DNA of 64,000 nucleotides from Centroscyllium fabricii (lineage: Eukaryota). Positions 36,489-48,390 of this stretch are shown here, one piece after another (the first letter of the stretch is position 1; each line of letters begins with the position of its first letter). The stretch spans positions 73,346,001 to 73,410,000 of the forward strand of contig JBNRSN020000001.1 of NCBI GenBank assembly GCA_051313645.2, given 5' to 3'. The position numbers and the translations under genes are program-made. Below the pieces are notes generated by a model. The model was not told where the DNA came from. It saw only the letters and a program-made list of their open reading frames with translations, and made no database searches.

Positions 36489-37123
36489 GATGTGGAGGTG
36501 CCGGTGTTGGACTGGGGTGGACAATTTCAAGAAGTCACACAACACCAGGTTATAGTCCAACAGTTTTATTTTAAATCACAAGCTTTCGGAGCATTTGCCC
36601 CTTCGTCAGGTGAAAGAGAAGCTGACTTAAAGAACGCACGTATGGGAGGAAGGGAGAAATCCGATCTCTCCCACATCTCACTTAGCAGTGATAGACAGAG
36701 CACACAAAGGTGTATTAACATATTTTAAGAGATTCATTTAAACATAGCATATATAGAGAGAGAGAACAATGTGGTCTCTCCAACTGTTTCACATCACACC
36801 TCAGATGAGGGACATCAAAGCAATAAAAGGTGTGATTGATTGCTTTGATGTCCCTCAGCTGAGGTGTGATGTGAAACAGCTGGAGAGACCACATTGTTCT
36901 CTCTCTCTATATATGCTATGTTTAAATGAATCTGTTAATACGCTTTTGTGTGCTCTGTCTATCTCTGCTAAGGTGAGATGTGGGAGAGATCGGATTTCTC
37001 CCTCCCTCCCATATGTGCGTTCTTTAAGTCAGTCTCTCTTTCACCTGACGAAGGGGCAAAAGCTCCGAAAGCTTGTGATTTTAAATAAAACTGTTGGACT
37101 ATAATCTGGTGTTGTGTGACTTC
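36489..37123. mobile_element. Penelope pseudo-LTR palindrome
   Basis: Inverted arms of about 295 bp homologous to the 38267 element; tail on the left arm only. Confidence 0.88.
37041..37078 (+). ncRNA. Minimal hammerhead ribozyme motif (mirror copy at 36576-36613, minus strand)
   Basis: CTGACGA, stem II, GAAA, flanked by TCAC and GTGA. Confidence 0.72.
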
Positions 37124-37825
37124 GTGCATTTTTGATGTAGGTGCTGAATTCAGTCACAATTGTAGGGCTACAACTAACTCTGGCACTTTCAATCAGGGTG
37201 CACTCCAGTAGATTGCAATTCAAGACAGTCTCAGCTGACCAGCACAAAACAAGTCTAAGCTAGAACTGAAACCAGATAAAAGTGAAAACTGTCAACAAAA
37301 CTTTCCTTCTTAAATTTCAGAGACTGAAAAAGTGTTGGCTGGCAAAAAGAAAGTTAGTTTGTTTCTCGGCTATGGCAGACAACAAATCTAAGATTGCGGC
37401 CAATGGTGGTGGGAAATTACCGAGGGCCACCTCAGAATGAGGAAGTTACAGCCCCAGTGCACACTTTAAGAGTCTGCAGAACAGGTTTGAGGGGCTGAAT
37501 GGCCTACTCCTGTTCCTGTGTCCCTTCTGATCTACCCAATGTGGTGGCAATTTCTATTTGCATTTGCAAGTTGAATACATGACGTAGATTCTGAGCTCCA
37601 GTGGCCTAGTGATGCGGACGAGAGGTTAAATCACAGAGAAGTAGAGATCAGGGACGCCACTCAGCCCGTCTAAGATCAAACTCCAAGAGATTAAATGGTT
37701 CCAGAGCTTTTGCCCTCTCAGAATACTGTGACCCAGAAACCATTCCTGGCATTAATCAAAAAAATAATTTTGCAAATCATTTAAAAAGATCAAAATTTGT
37801 TTCAAAAACAAATGCATCATCTTAC

Positions 37826-37928
37826 CTATTCCAACATGGGCTTCCAGAATCATACTGACATCATTAGCCCCATCACCAATTGCGAGGGTTATGGGATGCT
37901 CTTTTGAAGTTTTGATCAATTTAACTAT
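37826..37928 (-). CDS. ATP11A: ATP11A internal exon (103 bp), [34 protein letters not shown](G)
   Basis: GDGAND hinge motif; ctgcag and gtaaga splice sites; phase 0 to 1. Confidence 0.96.
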
Positions 37929-38314
37929 CTGCAGATAAGGGTTAAAAGAACAACCACAGGTTAAAGGGTTCAATGCAACTTGGAACATCCTTCTACCCCA
38001 TTATATCAGTAAGTGAAGCTAAAATACATTCAGGAGAGTGACTCGGAAATTCTCCTATTCCACATTCCCATTCCCCAATCAGCACCGATATTCATATCCC
38101 ATTCTCCAATCAGCATTGACCCTCACACCCCATTCTCCAATCAGCATTGACCCTCACACCCCATTCTCCAATCAGCATTGACCTTCACACCCCATTCCCC
38201 AATCAGCACCGACCCTCACACCCCATTCCCCAATCAGCATTGACCTTCACACTCCATTCTCCAATCCAAGAAGTCACACAACACCAGATTATAGTCCAAC
38301 GGTTTTATTTTAAA

Positions 38315-38352
38315 TCACAAGCTTTCGGAGCTTCTGCCCCTTCGTCAGGTGA
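38315..38352 (-). ncRNA. Minimal hammerhead ribozyme motif
   Basis: Reverse complement of 39763-39800. Confidence 0.75.
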
Positions 38353-39762
38353 AAGAGAGTCTGACTTAAAGAACGCACATGTTTGATGAAGAGAGAAATC
38401 TGATATCTCCCACATCTCACCTCCGTAGAGCTAGACACATAAAGGCTTATTAACATATTTTAAGTGTTACATTTAAACATAGCATATATAGAGAGAGATA
38501 ACAATGTGGTCTCTCCAGTTGTTTCACATCACACCTCAGCTGAGGGACATCAAAGCAGTCAAAGATTTTCCAACATATCAAAGGTTGCAGTCACAAAGGG
38601 TCAAATGTTAGTCTGCTTTAAATCCCACATCATGATTTTTTTTAAAACCAGGATTTTTCACACTTAAAATCGCAGAACAAGCCGAAGATGGTTCGAGTCT
38701 GGATGACTCTACGTCAGGCGGGGTCACATGTAGCGTGACATAAACCCAATATCACGGTTGAGGCCATGCTCATGGGTGCGGAACTTGGCTATCAGCCTCT
38801 GCTCGACGATTTTGCGTTGTCGTGTATCTCGAAGGCCACCCTGGAGAATGCTCACCTGAAGATCGGAAGCTGAATGTCCTTGACCGCTGAAATGTTCCCC
38901 GACTGGGAGGGAACCCTCCTGCCTGGCGACTGTTGCGCGGTGCCCGTTCATCCGTTGTCGTAGTGTCTGCATGGTCTCGCCGATGTACCATGCCCCGGGG
39001 CATCCTTTCCTGCAACGTATGAGGTAGACAACATTGGTCGAGTTACATGAGTATGTACCATGTAGTATGTAACTCGACCAATGTTGTCTACCTCATACGT
39101 TGCAGGAAAGGATGCCCCGGGGCATGGTACATCAGCGAGACCATGCAGACACTACGACAACGGATGAACGGGCACCGCGCAACAATCGCCAGGCAGGAGT
39201 GTTCCCTCCCAGTCGGGGAACATTTCAGCGGTCAAGGACATTCAGCTTCCGATCTTCGGGTGAGCATTCTCCAGGGTGGCCTTCGAGATACACGACAATG
39301 CAAAATCGTCGAGCAGAGGCTGATAGCCAAGTTCCGCACCCATGAGCACGGCCTCAACCGTGATATTGGGTTTATGTCATGCTACATGTGACCCCGCCTG
39401 ACGTAGAGTCATCCAGACTCGAACCATCTTCGGCTTGTTCTGCGATTTTAAGTAAGAAAAATACTGGTTTAAAAAAAAATCATGATGTGGGATTTAAAGC
39501 AGACTAACATTTGACCCTTTGTGACTGCAACCTTTGATATGTTGGAAAATCTTTGACTGCTTTGATGTCCCTCAGCTGAGGTGTGATGTGAAACAACTGG
39601 AGAGACCACATTGTTATCTCTCTCTATATATGCTATGTTTAAATGTAACACTTAAAATATGTTAATAAGCCTTTATGTGTCTAGCTCTACGGAGGTGAGA
39701 TGTGGGAGATCTCAGATTTCTCTCTTCATCAAACATGTGCATTCTTTAAGTCAGACTCTCTT

Positions 39763-39800
39763 TCACCTGACGAAGGGGCAGAAGCTCCGAAAGCTTGTGA
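39763..39800 (+). ncRNA. Minimal type I hammerhead ribozyme motif (Penelope)
   Basis: TCAC-CTGACGA-A-GGGGC-AGAA-GCTCC-GAAA-GCTT-GTGA. Confidence 0.75.
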
Positions 39801-40455
39801 TTTAAAATAAAACCGTTGGACTATAATCTGGTGTTGTGTGACTTCTTGCATTTGTCCACCTCAGTCCAACACCGGCACCTCCACATTATGGCTACATTCT
39901 CCAATCAGCATTGACCTTCACACCCCATTCCCCAATCAGCATTGACCTTCACACCCCATTCTCCAAATCAGCATTGACCTTCACACTCCATTCTCCAATC
40001 AGCATTGACCTTCACACCCCATTCTCCAATCAGCAATGACTGTCACACCCCATTCCCCAATCAGCAATGACCTTCACACCCCATTCTCCAAATCAGCATT
40101 GACCTTCACACTCCATTCTCCAATCAGCATTGACCTTCACACCCCATTCTCCAATCAGCAATGACCGTCACACCCCATTCTCCAATCAGCACCGACCGTC
40201 ACACCCCATTCTCCAATCAGTGCTGACCTCCAGATCCCAGGGGCATACTCATGCTGTTAAATGTAAGAGGCCATAATAATGCTACTTGAAGTAACAGCCT
40301 CGCTCCAATAAAATCTCTGACATACTGTGAGCAACACCACGGAAGGTGCAGCATGTGTGTAAAATGTAGGCTTAACAGTTTATTTTCAAAGGAACATTCA
40401 GCGTGAGTGCAATTAACATATACAATTAGCAGATAGATGTACATTCAAGGCTAAC

Positions 40456-40633
40456 CTGTGCTTTCTGTAAAGGTGCCATTCTGCAGCATAAGACTCCACT
40501 ACAGTTACGACATATTTCCAGAAACAGATCTTTGTAGTTACTTGAAGCGCCATTTTCGGCAGGTCTCAGGACGAGTGAAAGTGTGGCTCCATCAATGATC
40601 AAACCATAATCGTGTAAATCATTCTGAGAAAAT
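40456..40633 (-). CDS. ATP11A: ATP11A internal exon (178 bp), FSQNDLHDYGLIIDG...VLCCRMAPLQKAQ
   Basis: CCRMAPLQK motif; ttttag and gttagc splice sites; phase 2 to 0. Confidence 0.95.
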
Positions 40634-40813
40634 CTAAAACACAGCAATAAAACAGTCCTGGGCTAATTATCCTAAATACTCATCATCTGGATATGGTAGT
40701 GTACAGGTTATGTTACTGGACTCGTAATTCAGAGAATGCATGTTCAAATGCCACCAGGGCAGTTTGAGAATTTGAGGCAGTTGAAAAAAATATGTAAATA
40801 AAAAGCTGAAACA

Positions 40814-41548
40814 GGCACCCTCGGGACGAGGCCGGTGCCAGACCATTGAAAATTCCGAACCACTGAAGGTGGTTCACTCCGCAATGATACGCAACGTCAT
40901 CAATGGCAACGTAACCGGTCTCTGCGACATCCGATTTCATAGCTTTAAACCCAACCCGGGATTGTGCCGGATGCTCCACGGTGATGTTGACAGCTCGCCA
41001 TTCTTTACTCTTGGAACACTCCCCGGGGCCTGGAGTGCGCGGGTAGAACACTCCCCGGGGCCCGGAGTGCGCATGGCTAGAACACTCCCCGGGGCCCGGA
41101 GCGCGCATGGCTAGAACACTCCCCGGGGCCCGGAGCGCGCATGGCTAGAACACTCCCCGGGGCCCGGAGCGCGCATGGCTAGAACACTCCCCGGGGCCCG
41201 GAGCGCGCATGGCTAGAACACTCCCCGGGGCCCGGAGCGCGCATGGCTAGAACACTCCCCGGGGCCCGGAGCGCGCATGGCTAGAACACTCCCCGGGGCC
41301 CGGAGCGCGCAGGTAGAACACTCCCCGGAGCGCGCAGGTAGAACACTCCCCGGGAGGGAGCACAGGGATAGAACACTGAAAAAAACAGAAGCCCAAATGC
41401 CCGATGATTCGGCGCTCGCCCACCCTTCACGGGAAACGGTGGCGCCGCCGAGCGGCTGCTCCGCAAACTAAAGAGCGCCGGTTTCGATTCGTGCTGAACA
41501 ACTGAAGGTGCCGGACCATCGGGTGCCGGATTACCGGTGCTCAACCTG
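40814..41548. mobile_element. pogo/Tigger-type MITE with a truncated left TIR and expanded internal minisatellite
   Basis: Homologous to 46234-46644; right TIR ends CAACCTG followed by TA. Confidence 0.75.
41012..41375. repeat. 34-bp GC-rich minisatellite AGAACACTCCCCGGGGCCCGGAGCGCGCATGGCT, about 9-10 units
   Basis: Direct inspection; period 34. Confidence 0.92.
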
Positions 41549-41644
41549 TATCAGTAAAAGTGATCACGAAGTTATCGGAATGTTGTAAAACCCCAACTGA
41601 TTTCACTGGAAGGAGACCTGCTGTCCTCACCTGTTCTGACCTAT

Positions 41645-41897
41645 ATAGAAACACAGAAATTAGGAGCAGGAGTCAGCCATTCGGCTCTTCGAGCCTGCTC
41701 CGCCATTCAATGAGATCATGGCTGATCATCCAAACCCAGTATCCCGCCCCTGCCCTCTCCCCATATCCCTCGATCCCTATCGAGCCTGCACCGACACATA
41801 TCCCACCCTATCCCTGTAACTCCACAATATTCAATCCCCCCAACACTAAGGGTCAATTTATCATGGCCAATCAACCTAACCCGCACACTTTGGACTC
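41645..41897 (-). mobile_element. 5'-truncated V-SINE
   Basis: 3' half of the family only. Confidence 0.8.
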
Positions 41898-42583
41898 CAT
41901 GTGACTCCAGTCCCACACCAGCACGATTGACTCTTAACTGCCCTCTGAAGTGGCCGAACAAGACACTCTGTTGCATCAAAAGTGCTACCAGCGGTTCAAG
42001 AACGCTGACTATCACGGTCTCAGGGCAACAAATGCTGGCCTTGCCGGCGATGCCCACATCCCGAGAATGGATTTTTAAAATATGTTCTTAAATTTGAAAG
42101 AATTGGCTAAAGGGACAAAATACGATGACTTTGCTCCAATCTCTTAATTTTAGCCCAATCTGGCGGCATTGATAAGAAACTGATTCAGCGGGAGGAGCGG
42201 AAAGTTGGAATTAAAAAAAAGACATTCTTGAATTGGCGGGTAATGACCGGGGTCAAGTTTGCAGATCACACTAAGCTAGGAAACGGTGATTGTGATGAGA
42301 AGAAAATTGCAATCAATCAGCTTTGATTAAATGAGTAGGTGGAATGACACGCGAGACGTCGGCTTTGGACAAGTAGTACAGTAAATGGGGAATACAGCGT
42401 GAAAGGGAGAGATGAATAAGCAATCAGAAATACCAGGGGGGTGCCGAGTTTCAGCATAACACATATATTTTATATAAAAATTTGAAAACAAGTACAGGGC
42501 ACTGGTCACACCTCATTTGGAATAGTGTGATCTACTTTGGGCGCACCATCTTAGGGAGGATATATTGCCTTGGAGAGAGGCCA

Positions 42584-42795
42584 AATGCAAGAAGTCACAC
42601 AACACCAGATTATAGTCCAACAGTTTTATTTTAAATCACAAGCTTTCGGAGCTTTTGCCCCTTCGTCAGGTGAAAGAGAGAGACTGACTTCAAGAACGCA
42701 CATATGGGATGATGGGAGAAATCCGATATCTCCCACATCTCACCTTAGCAGAGATAGACACACAAAGGAAGAGTTTCATTTAAACATTATATATA

Positions 42796-42832
<37 letters not shown>

Positions 42833-43258
42833 CTCCAGCTGTTTCACATCACACCTCAGCTGAGGGACATCAAAGCAACCAAAGGGTGCAGTCTGCACCC
42901 TTTGATCTCAGGCTGGCTGATATGTTGGAACACCTTTGATTGCTTTGATGTCCCTCAGCTGAGGTGTGATGTGAAACAGCTGGAGAGATCTCTCTCTCTC
43001 TCTCTCTCATTATATATATAATGTTTAAATGAAACTCTTCCTTTGTGTGTCTATCTCTGCTAAGGTGAGATGTGGGAGATATCGGATTTCTCCCTTCGTC
43101 CCATATGTGCGTTCTCGAAGTCAGTCTCTCTCTTTCACCTGACGAAGGGGCAAAAGCTCTGAAAGCTTGTGATTTAAAATAAAACTGTTGGACTATAATC
43201 TGGTGTTGTGTGACTTCTTGCATTTGTCCACCCCAATCCAACACCGGCACCTCCACAT
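42584..43258. mobile_element. Penelope pseudo-LTR palindrome inserted in an old CR1
   Basis: Inverted arms of about 300 bp; TSD CTTGGAGAGAG(G/T)CCA at 42569-42583 and 43259-43273. Confidence 0.9.
42636..42673 (-). ncRNA. Minimal hammerhead ribozyme motif (mirror copy at 43135-43172, plus strand)
   Basis: Same core and stems as the other copies. Confidence 0.72.
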
Positions 43259-43657
43259 CTTGGAGAGAGTCCAGCGATGATTCACCTGGATGGTACCCAT
43301 GATGAAGGGCTTGAGTTATGATGCAAAAATAGGTGGACCCGGGCTGTATTCTCCGGAGATTTCTTTGATCAGCTGATTGACATGCTGAAACCCACCACCG
43401 TGTTTAAGACTCTCTCTCTCTCGAAGAAGTCACTGAAAGGTCCACGCAGCGTTCCTTTGCCGGATATCTGTTGCACACACTTTCCATGTACGATACTCTA
43501 CTGAGCCAATTCCAGACAGTTTATCACAAATTGATAAGGGCCAGAGCCGAGGCATCCTGCAACCAGATACTGCTGCAGTTTAATCAGATATAAGCTGCCT
43601 AAAGCACCATCTCTGAAAATCCTTCCCCAAACCCCTCAGCCGTTCCACTTTTAAAAT

Positions 43658-44112
43658 AAAGACTTGCATTTATATAGCGCCTTTCACAACCACCGGATGC
43701 TCCAAAGCGCTTCACAGCCATGAAGTACTTTTGGAGTGTAGTCACTGTTGTAATGTAGGAAACGTTGCAGCCAATTCGCACACAGCAAGCTCCCACAAAC
43801 AGCAATGTGATAATAACCAGATAATCTGTTTTTGTAGTGATGTTGAGGGTAAATATTGGTCAGGACACCGGGAGAACTCCACTGCTCTTCATCGAAATTG
43901 TGTCATGGGATCTTTTACGTCCGCCTGAGAGCAGGCAGGGCCTCGGTTTAATGTCTCATCCGAAAGACAGCACCTCCGCGGCAGTGCAGCACTCCCTCAG
44001 TACTGCACTGGCGTGTCAGCCTGGATTTTGTGCTCAATTCTCTGGAGAGGGACTTGAACCCACAACCTTCTCACTCAAGAGGCGAGAGGGCGATCCACTG
44101 AATCACGGCCGA
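43658..44112 (-). mobile_element. Probable Deu-domain SINE (SacSINE1-like)
   Basis: B box GGTTCAAGTCC; central GTAAAAGATCCCATG..CCCGGTGTCCTG recalled as Deu-like; L2-type tail. Confidence 0.55.
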
Positions 44113-44261
44113 CAACCTCCTTTAAACCCACGTCTTCCACCAAACTTTTTGCAACCCCTCCTAATATTTCCTTCTTTGGATCAGGGTCCATTTTTGTCTG
44201 GTTATGCCTCTGTGAAACAGTTTGGTATGTTTTTCTATGTTAAAGGTGGTATATAAATGCA

Positions 44262-44838
44262 CTGGTGAGACCACACCTTGAATATTGTGTACAGTTTTGG
44301 TCGCCTCATCTGAGGAAGGATGTTCTTGCCATGGAAGGAGTGCAGCGGCGATTCACCAGGCTGATACCTGGAATGGCAGGAATGACCTACGAGGAGAGAT
44401 TGTGTAGTTTGGGCTTGTACTCGATGGAGTTTAGAAAATTGAGAGGGGATCTCATCGAAACATATAAAATTCTGACAGGCCTGGACAGGTTAGATTCAGA
44501 AAGAATGTTTCCAATGGCGGGGGAGTCCAGAACCAGGGGCCACAGTCTAAGGATAAGGGGTAAACCATTTAGGACAGAGATGAGGAAGAATTTCTTCACC
44601 CAGAGAGTGGTGACCCTGTGGAATTCCTCGCCACAGAGGGCAGTGGAGGCCAGTTCATTAAATATATTTAAGAGGGAATTGGATATATTTCTTTGGGCTA
44701 AGGGGATTAGGGGTTACGGAGAAAGGGCGGGGGCGGGGTACTGGGTTTGGATGATCAGCCATGATCTCATTGAATGGCGGAGCAGGCTCGAGGGGCAGAA
44801 TGCCCGACTCCTGCTCCTATCTTCTATGTTTCTATGTT
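44262..44838 (+). mobile_element. CR1 (family A) 3' fragment
   Basis: ORF 44265-44879; tail repeat. Confidence 0.92.
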
Positions 44839-45834
44839 GTTGTTATCTGGTGAAGAGAGGGAAGAACGTGAGCCTCTGATGACCCCTCCAGGCCCCATTA
44901 ATGAGCCAGATTGGCTTGTCAACAGTCTTGAGGAACTGCAACCTATCTGGTTCAGAGATTGGATCAATTCTGCCATGGAGAGTTGATTTAGTTTCACTCC
45001 CTCACCACCAGAATGCCATCATGGAGCCATCTCGACCTGAAAGAGACTCCACTTCTTACCAACCCCCCCCCCCCCCCCAGCAACCATGGAAGATAATCAC
45101 TACTTAGTCATATCACCTTGGAGACAAAGAGATTAAGAGATAGTCTGATTAAGCTATTAAAAATATTGAAGAGAATTGACAGGGTTGATGGGGAAAGAGG
45201 GAATCTAGATCGAGAGAACAGAATCTTAGAATCAGAATTAACCTGGATCAAAGGGAATCTTGAAAAAATGTCTCCACACAGAGTTGAGAGTTATGGGGAT
45301 ACAATACACCGGAAGAGTATAGATGAAGAATCAATCTGGGAGTTTAAAAAGGAGAGATATACTTGGGAAGGAAGGGTATAAAGGGAAACAGTCAAAGGGC
45401 AAGGAATTGTGACGGATAAAGGAAGAGCTGCCATGACAACAAGGCCTTTGGTAAATTGTGTCACAGGAGGCTTTCTAGACAAATCCAGGTTTATGGTCTA
45501 AGAGATAAATTGACACCCTCGTCATTGACTCCCTAACTTGAGAAAATAGTCCTTCCCTATTCACTCGATCAATATCCTTCCCAATATTGAAAATCTCTGT
45601 TAAATCGCCTCATGGCCTTCTCTGCTCCAGTGGAAATAGTCCCATTATCTCAAGTCTCTCCTTGTAACTATTGTTCCCATCCCTGCATCATCCTGGTGAA
45701 TCTGTACTCTCTCAATGGTTTTTAATGTCCTTTCTGTAATGGGCTGCACACAGTCTCTAACTGTGGTCTGACTGATGTTCTGTACAAATTTATTACCTCG
45801 TTACTCTGGTACTCTGGGCCCCCATTTATAATAC

Positions 45835-46170
45835 TGTGGCGGATCGCCACGCACCGACCGGCGAATCCGCCGGACTCACGGACTCTTTAGGCACCGGCCC
45901 GAGGCGCGCTGCTCCCTCGAGGCCGGTGCCGACGCGCCAACGTCATCGCGCACATGCGTGATGACGTCAAGACGTCCCCGCGCATGCGCACAACGCGCCT
46001 GACGCGCAAAAACGCACCGACGTCATCACGCACATGCGTGATGACTTCACGGGAGCTATATATTCCAGCGCAAGGGCGCGAAACTGTCTATCTGCAATGT
46101 GACTGAATAAAGTAGGTTGTTTGCTGCTACCCGGTCTCAGAAGTTCTTTTGCCCGCCAGCGAACACTACA
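45835..46170 (+). mobile_element. CpG-rich solo LTR of a different family
   Basis: TGT..ACA ends; 4-bp TSD ATAC; TATATA and AATAAA. Confidence 0.75.
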
Positions 46171-46233
46171 ATACCCAAAATAAGCCCCATTTAATGGAAA
46201 GATTTCAAATTACAAACTTAACGTAATTAACTG

Positions 46234-46644
46234 CAGGTTGAGCACTGGTAATCCGGCACCCTCGGGACCAGGCTGGTGCCAGACCACTGAAAATTCAGAA
46301 CCACTGAAGGTTTGGGGGGAGTGCGCGGGTAGAACACTCCCCGGGGCCCGGAGCGCGCGGGTAGAACACTCACCGGGAAGGAGCCCGGGATAGAACACTC
46401 CCCGGGGCCCGGAGCGCGCGGGTAGAACACTCACCGGGAGGGAGCCCTGGGATAGAACACTTACAAAACCTAAAAAAAAACAGAAACCCAAACGCTCTAC
46501 GCCTTCGGCGCTCGCCCACCCTTCACGGGAAATGGTGGCGCCGCCGAGCGGCTGCTCCGCAAAATGAAGAGCGCCGGTTTCGATTCATGCCGGACCACTG
46601 AAGGTGCCGGACCATCGGGTGCCGGATTACCGGTGCTCAACCGG
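46234..46644. mobile_element. pogo/Tigger-type MITE of the same TIR family
   Basis: TIRs CAGGTTGAGCACTGGTAATCCGGCACC and GGTGCCGGATTACCGGTGCTCAACC; internal 34-bp repeat units. Confidence 0.75.
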
Positions 46645-46723
46645 TGTTAGCTTTTCTTGCAATTGAGAAGTTTAACATTTGGTCGCAGTGGCAAAGAATC
46701 GATGGATTAACGGAAATGCCCAC

Positions 46724-46975
46724 CCTGAGTAACTGTCTCTCGGCAAACTCTCACTCTGCCTGAGAATTATTCTGCTCAAATCAAAGAGCACATCATGTAA
46801 ACTCTGCTCTTCTATTCGTTTAGTCGTCAGCTCAAATAGCTGTGTAGTTCTTCTGAAAAGCTTGCATGCATAGCATGTTGCAGCAGCCGTTTCCATCTTG
46901 TCTCCGGTGAGAACCCAGACCTTCATCCCAGCTTTCTGCAAAGCTTCCACAGTCTCGGCAGCCTTGTCTTGCAAT
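46724..46975 (-). CDS. ATP11A: ATP11A internal exon (252 bp), LQDKAAETVEALQKAGMKVWVLTGDKMETAAATCYACKLF...RDSYS(G)
   Basis: VWVLTGDK P-domain motif. TAAATCYACKLF and LTTKRIEEQSLHDVLF match ATP11A as recalled, better than ATP11B/C. ctcag and gtgggc splice sites. Confidence 0.95.
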
Positions 46976-47115
46976 CTGAGAAACAATCACATTGAACAAT
47001 ATCTTACTGGTTGAAAAATCTAATGTGTAGTTCCACTTGCTGCAACTGAAGCAAACAACAACAACTTGTATTTATATAGCACCTTTAACTTAGCAAAACA
47101 TCCCAAGGCGCGTCA

Positions 47116-47518
47116 CATAGAAACATAGAAACTAGGAGCAGGAGTAGGCCATTCTGCCCTTCGAGCCTGCTCCGCCATTCAATGGGATCATGGCTGATCA
47201 TCCAAACCCAGCACCCCGCCCCTGCCCTCTCCCCATATCCCTCGATCCCAATCGAGCCTGCACCGACACATATCCCACCCTATCCCCGTAACCCCACATA
47301 TTCAATCCCCCTAACACACTAAGGGTCAATTTATCCTGGCCAATCAACCTAACCCGCACATCTTTGGACTGTGGGAGGAAACCGGAGCACCCGGAGGAAA
47401 CCCATGCAGACACGGGGAGAATGTGCAAACTCCACACAGATAGTACCCGAGGCTGGATTTGAACCCGGGTCTCTGGTGCTGTGAGACAACAGTGCTAACC
47501 ACTGTGCCACCGTGCCGC
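47116..47518 (-). mobile_element. HE1-like V-SINE inserted in the L2 tail
   Basis: Full structure, reverse strand. Confidence 0.88.
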
Positions 47519-47899
47519 CACAGGAGCAATTATCAAAGTAAATTTGACACTGAGCCACTTAAGGAGACATTAGGACAGGTGACCCAAAGCTTGGTCAAAG
47601 AGGTCGGTTTTAAGGAGTGTCTTAAAAAGGAGGGAGAGATGGAGAGGCGGAGAAATTTAGGGGGGGGGGGGAATTCCAGCGCTTAGGGCCTCGGCAGCTG
47701 AAGGCACGGCCAGCGATGGTGCAGCGATTAAAATAGGCGATGCTTAAGAGGCCAGAATTAGAGGAACGCAGAGATCTCGGAGGGTTGTAGGGCTGGAGGA
47801 GATTACAGAGAGAGGGATGGGCAAGGCGTGGAGGGATTTGAATGCAAGGATGAGAATTTTTAAAATCGAGGTGTTGCTTAACTGGGAGCCAAAGTAGGT

Positions 47900-48390
47900 C
47901 AGTGAGCACAGGGGGTGATGGGTGAACGGGACTGGGTGTGAGTTAGGACACGGGGCAGTGAGCACAGGGGGTGATGGGTGCACGGGACTGAGTGTGAGTT
48001 AGGACATGAGGCAGTGAGCACGGGGGGTGATGAGTGCACGGGACTTGGTGCGACTTAGGACACGGGGCAGTGAGCACAGGGGGTGATGAGTGCACGGGAC
48101 TTGGTGCGACTTAGGACACGGGGCAGTGAGCACAGGGGGTGATGGGTGAACGGGACTGGGTGTGCGTTAGGACACGGGGCAGTGAGCACAGGGGGTGATG
48201 GGTGAACGGGACTGGGTGTGCGTTAGGACACGGGGCAGTGAGCACAGGGGGTGATGGGTGAACGGGACTGGGTGTGAGTTAGGACACGGGGCAGTGAGCA
48301 CAGGGGGTGATGGGTGAACGGGACTGGGTGTGAGTTAGGACACGGGGCAGTGAGCACAGGGGGTGATGGGTGAACAGGACTGGGTGTGAC
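47900..48390. repeat. 56-bp minisatellite, about 9 units
   Basis: Unit GCAGTGAGCACAGGGGGTGATGGGTGAACGGGACTGGGTGTGAGTTAGGACACGGG. Confidence 0.93.

Larger units (their letters stand above)
38267..39894. mobile_element. Penelope-like element forming a palindrome of about 780-bp arms, each arm with a GIY-YIG endonuclease remnant
   Basis: Arms 38267-39048 and 39067-39848. ORFs contain NVVYLIRC..WYI(G/S)ET..LRQRMNGHR..GLN. An extra tail of about 45 nt is on the right arm only. Confidence 0.92.
38062..40228. repeat. 31-bp minisatellite CCCCATTCTCCAATCAGCATTGACCTTCACA, split by the Penelope palindrome into 38062-38266 and 39895-40228
   Basis: Direct inspection. Confidence 0.9.
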
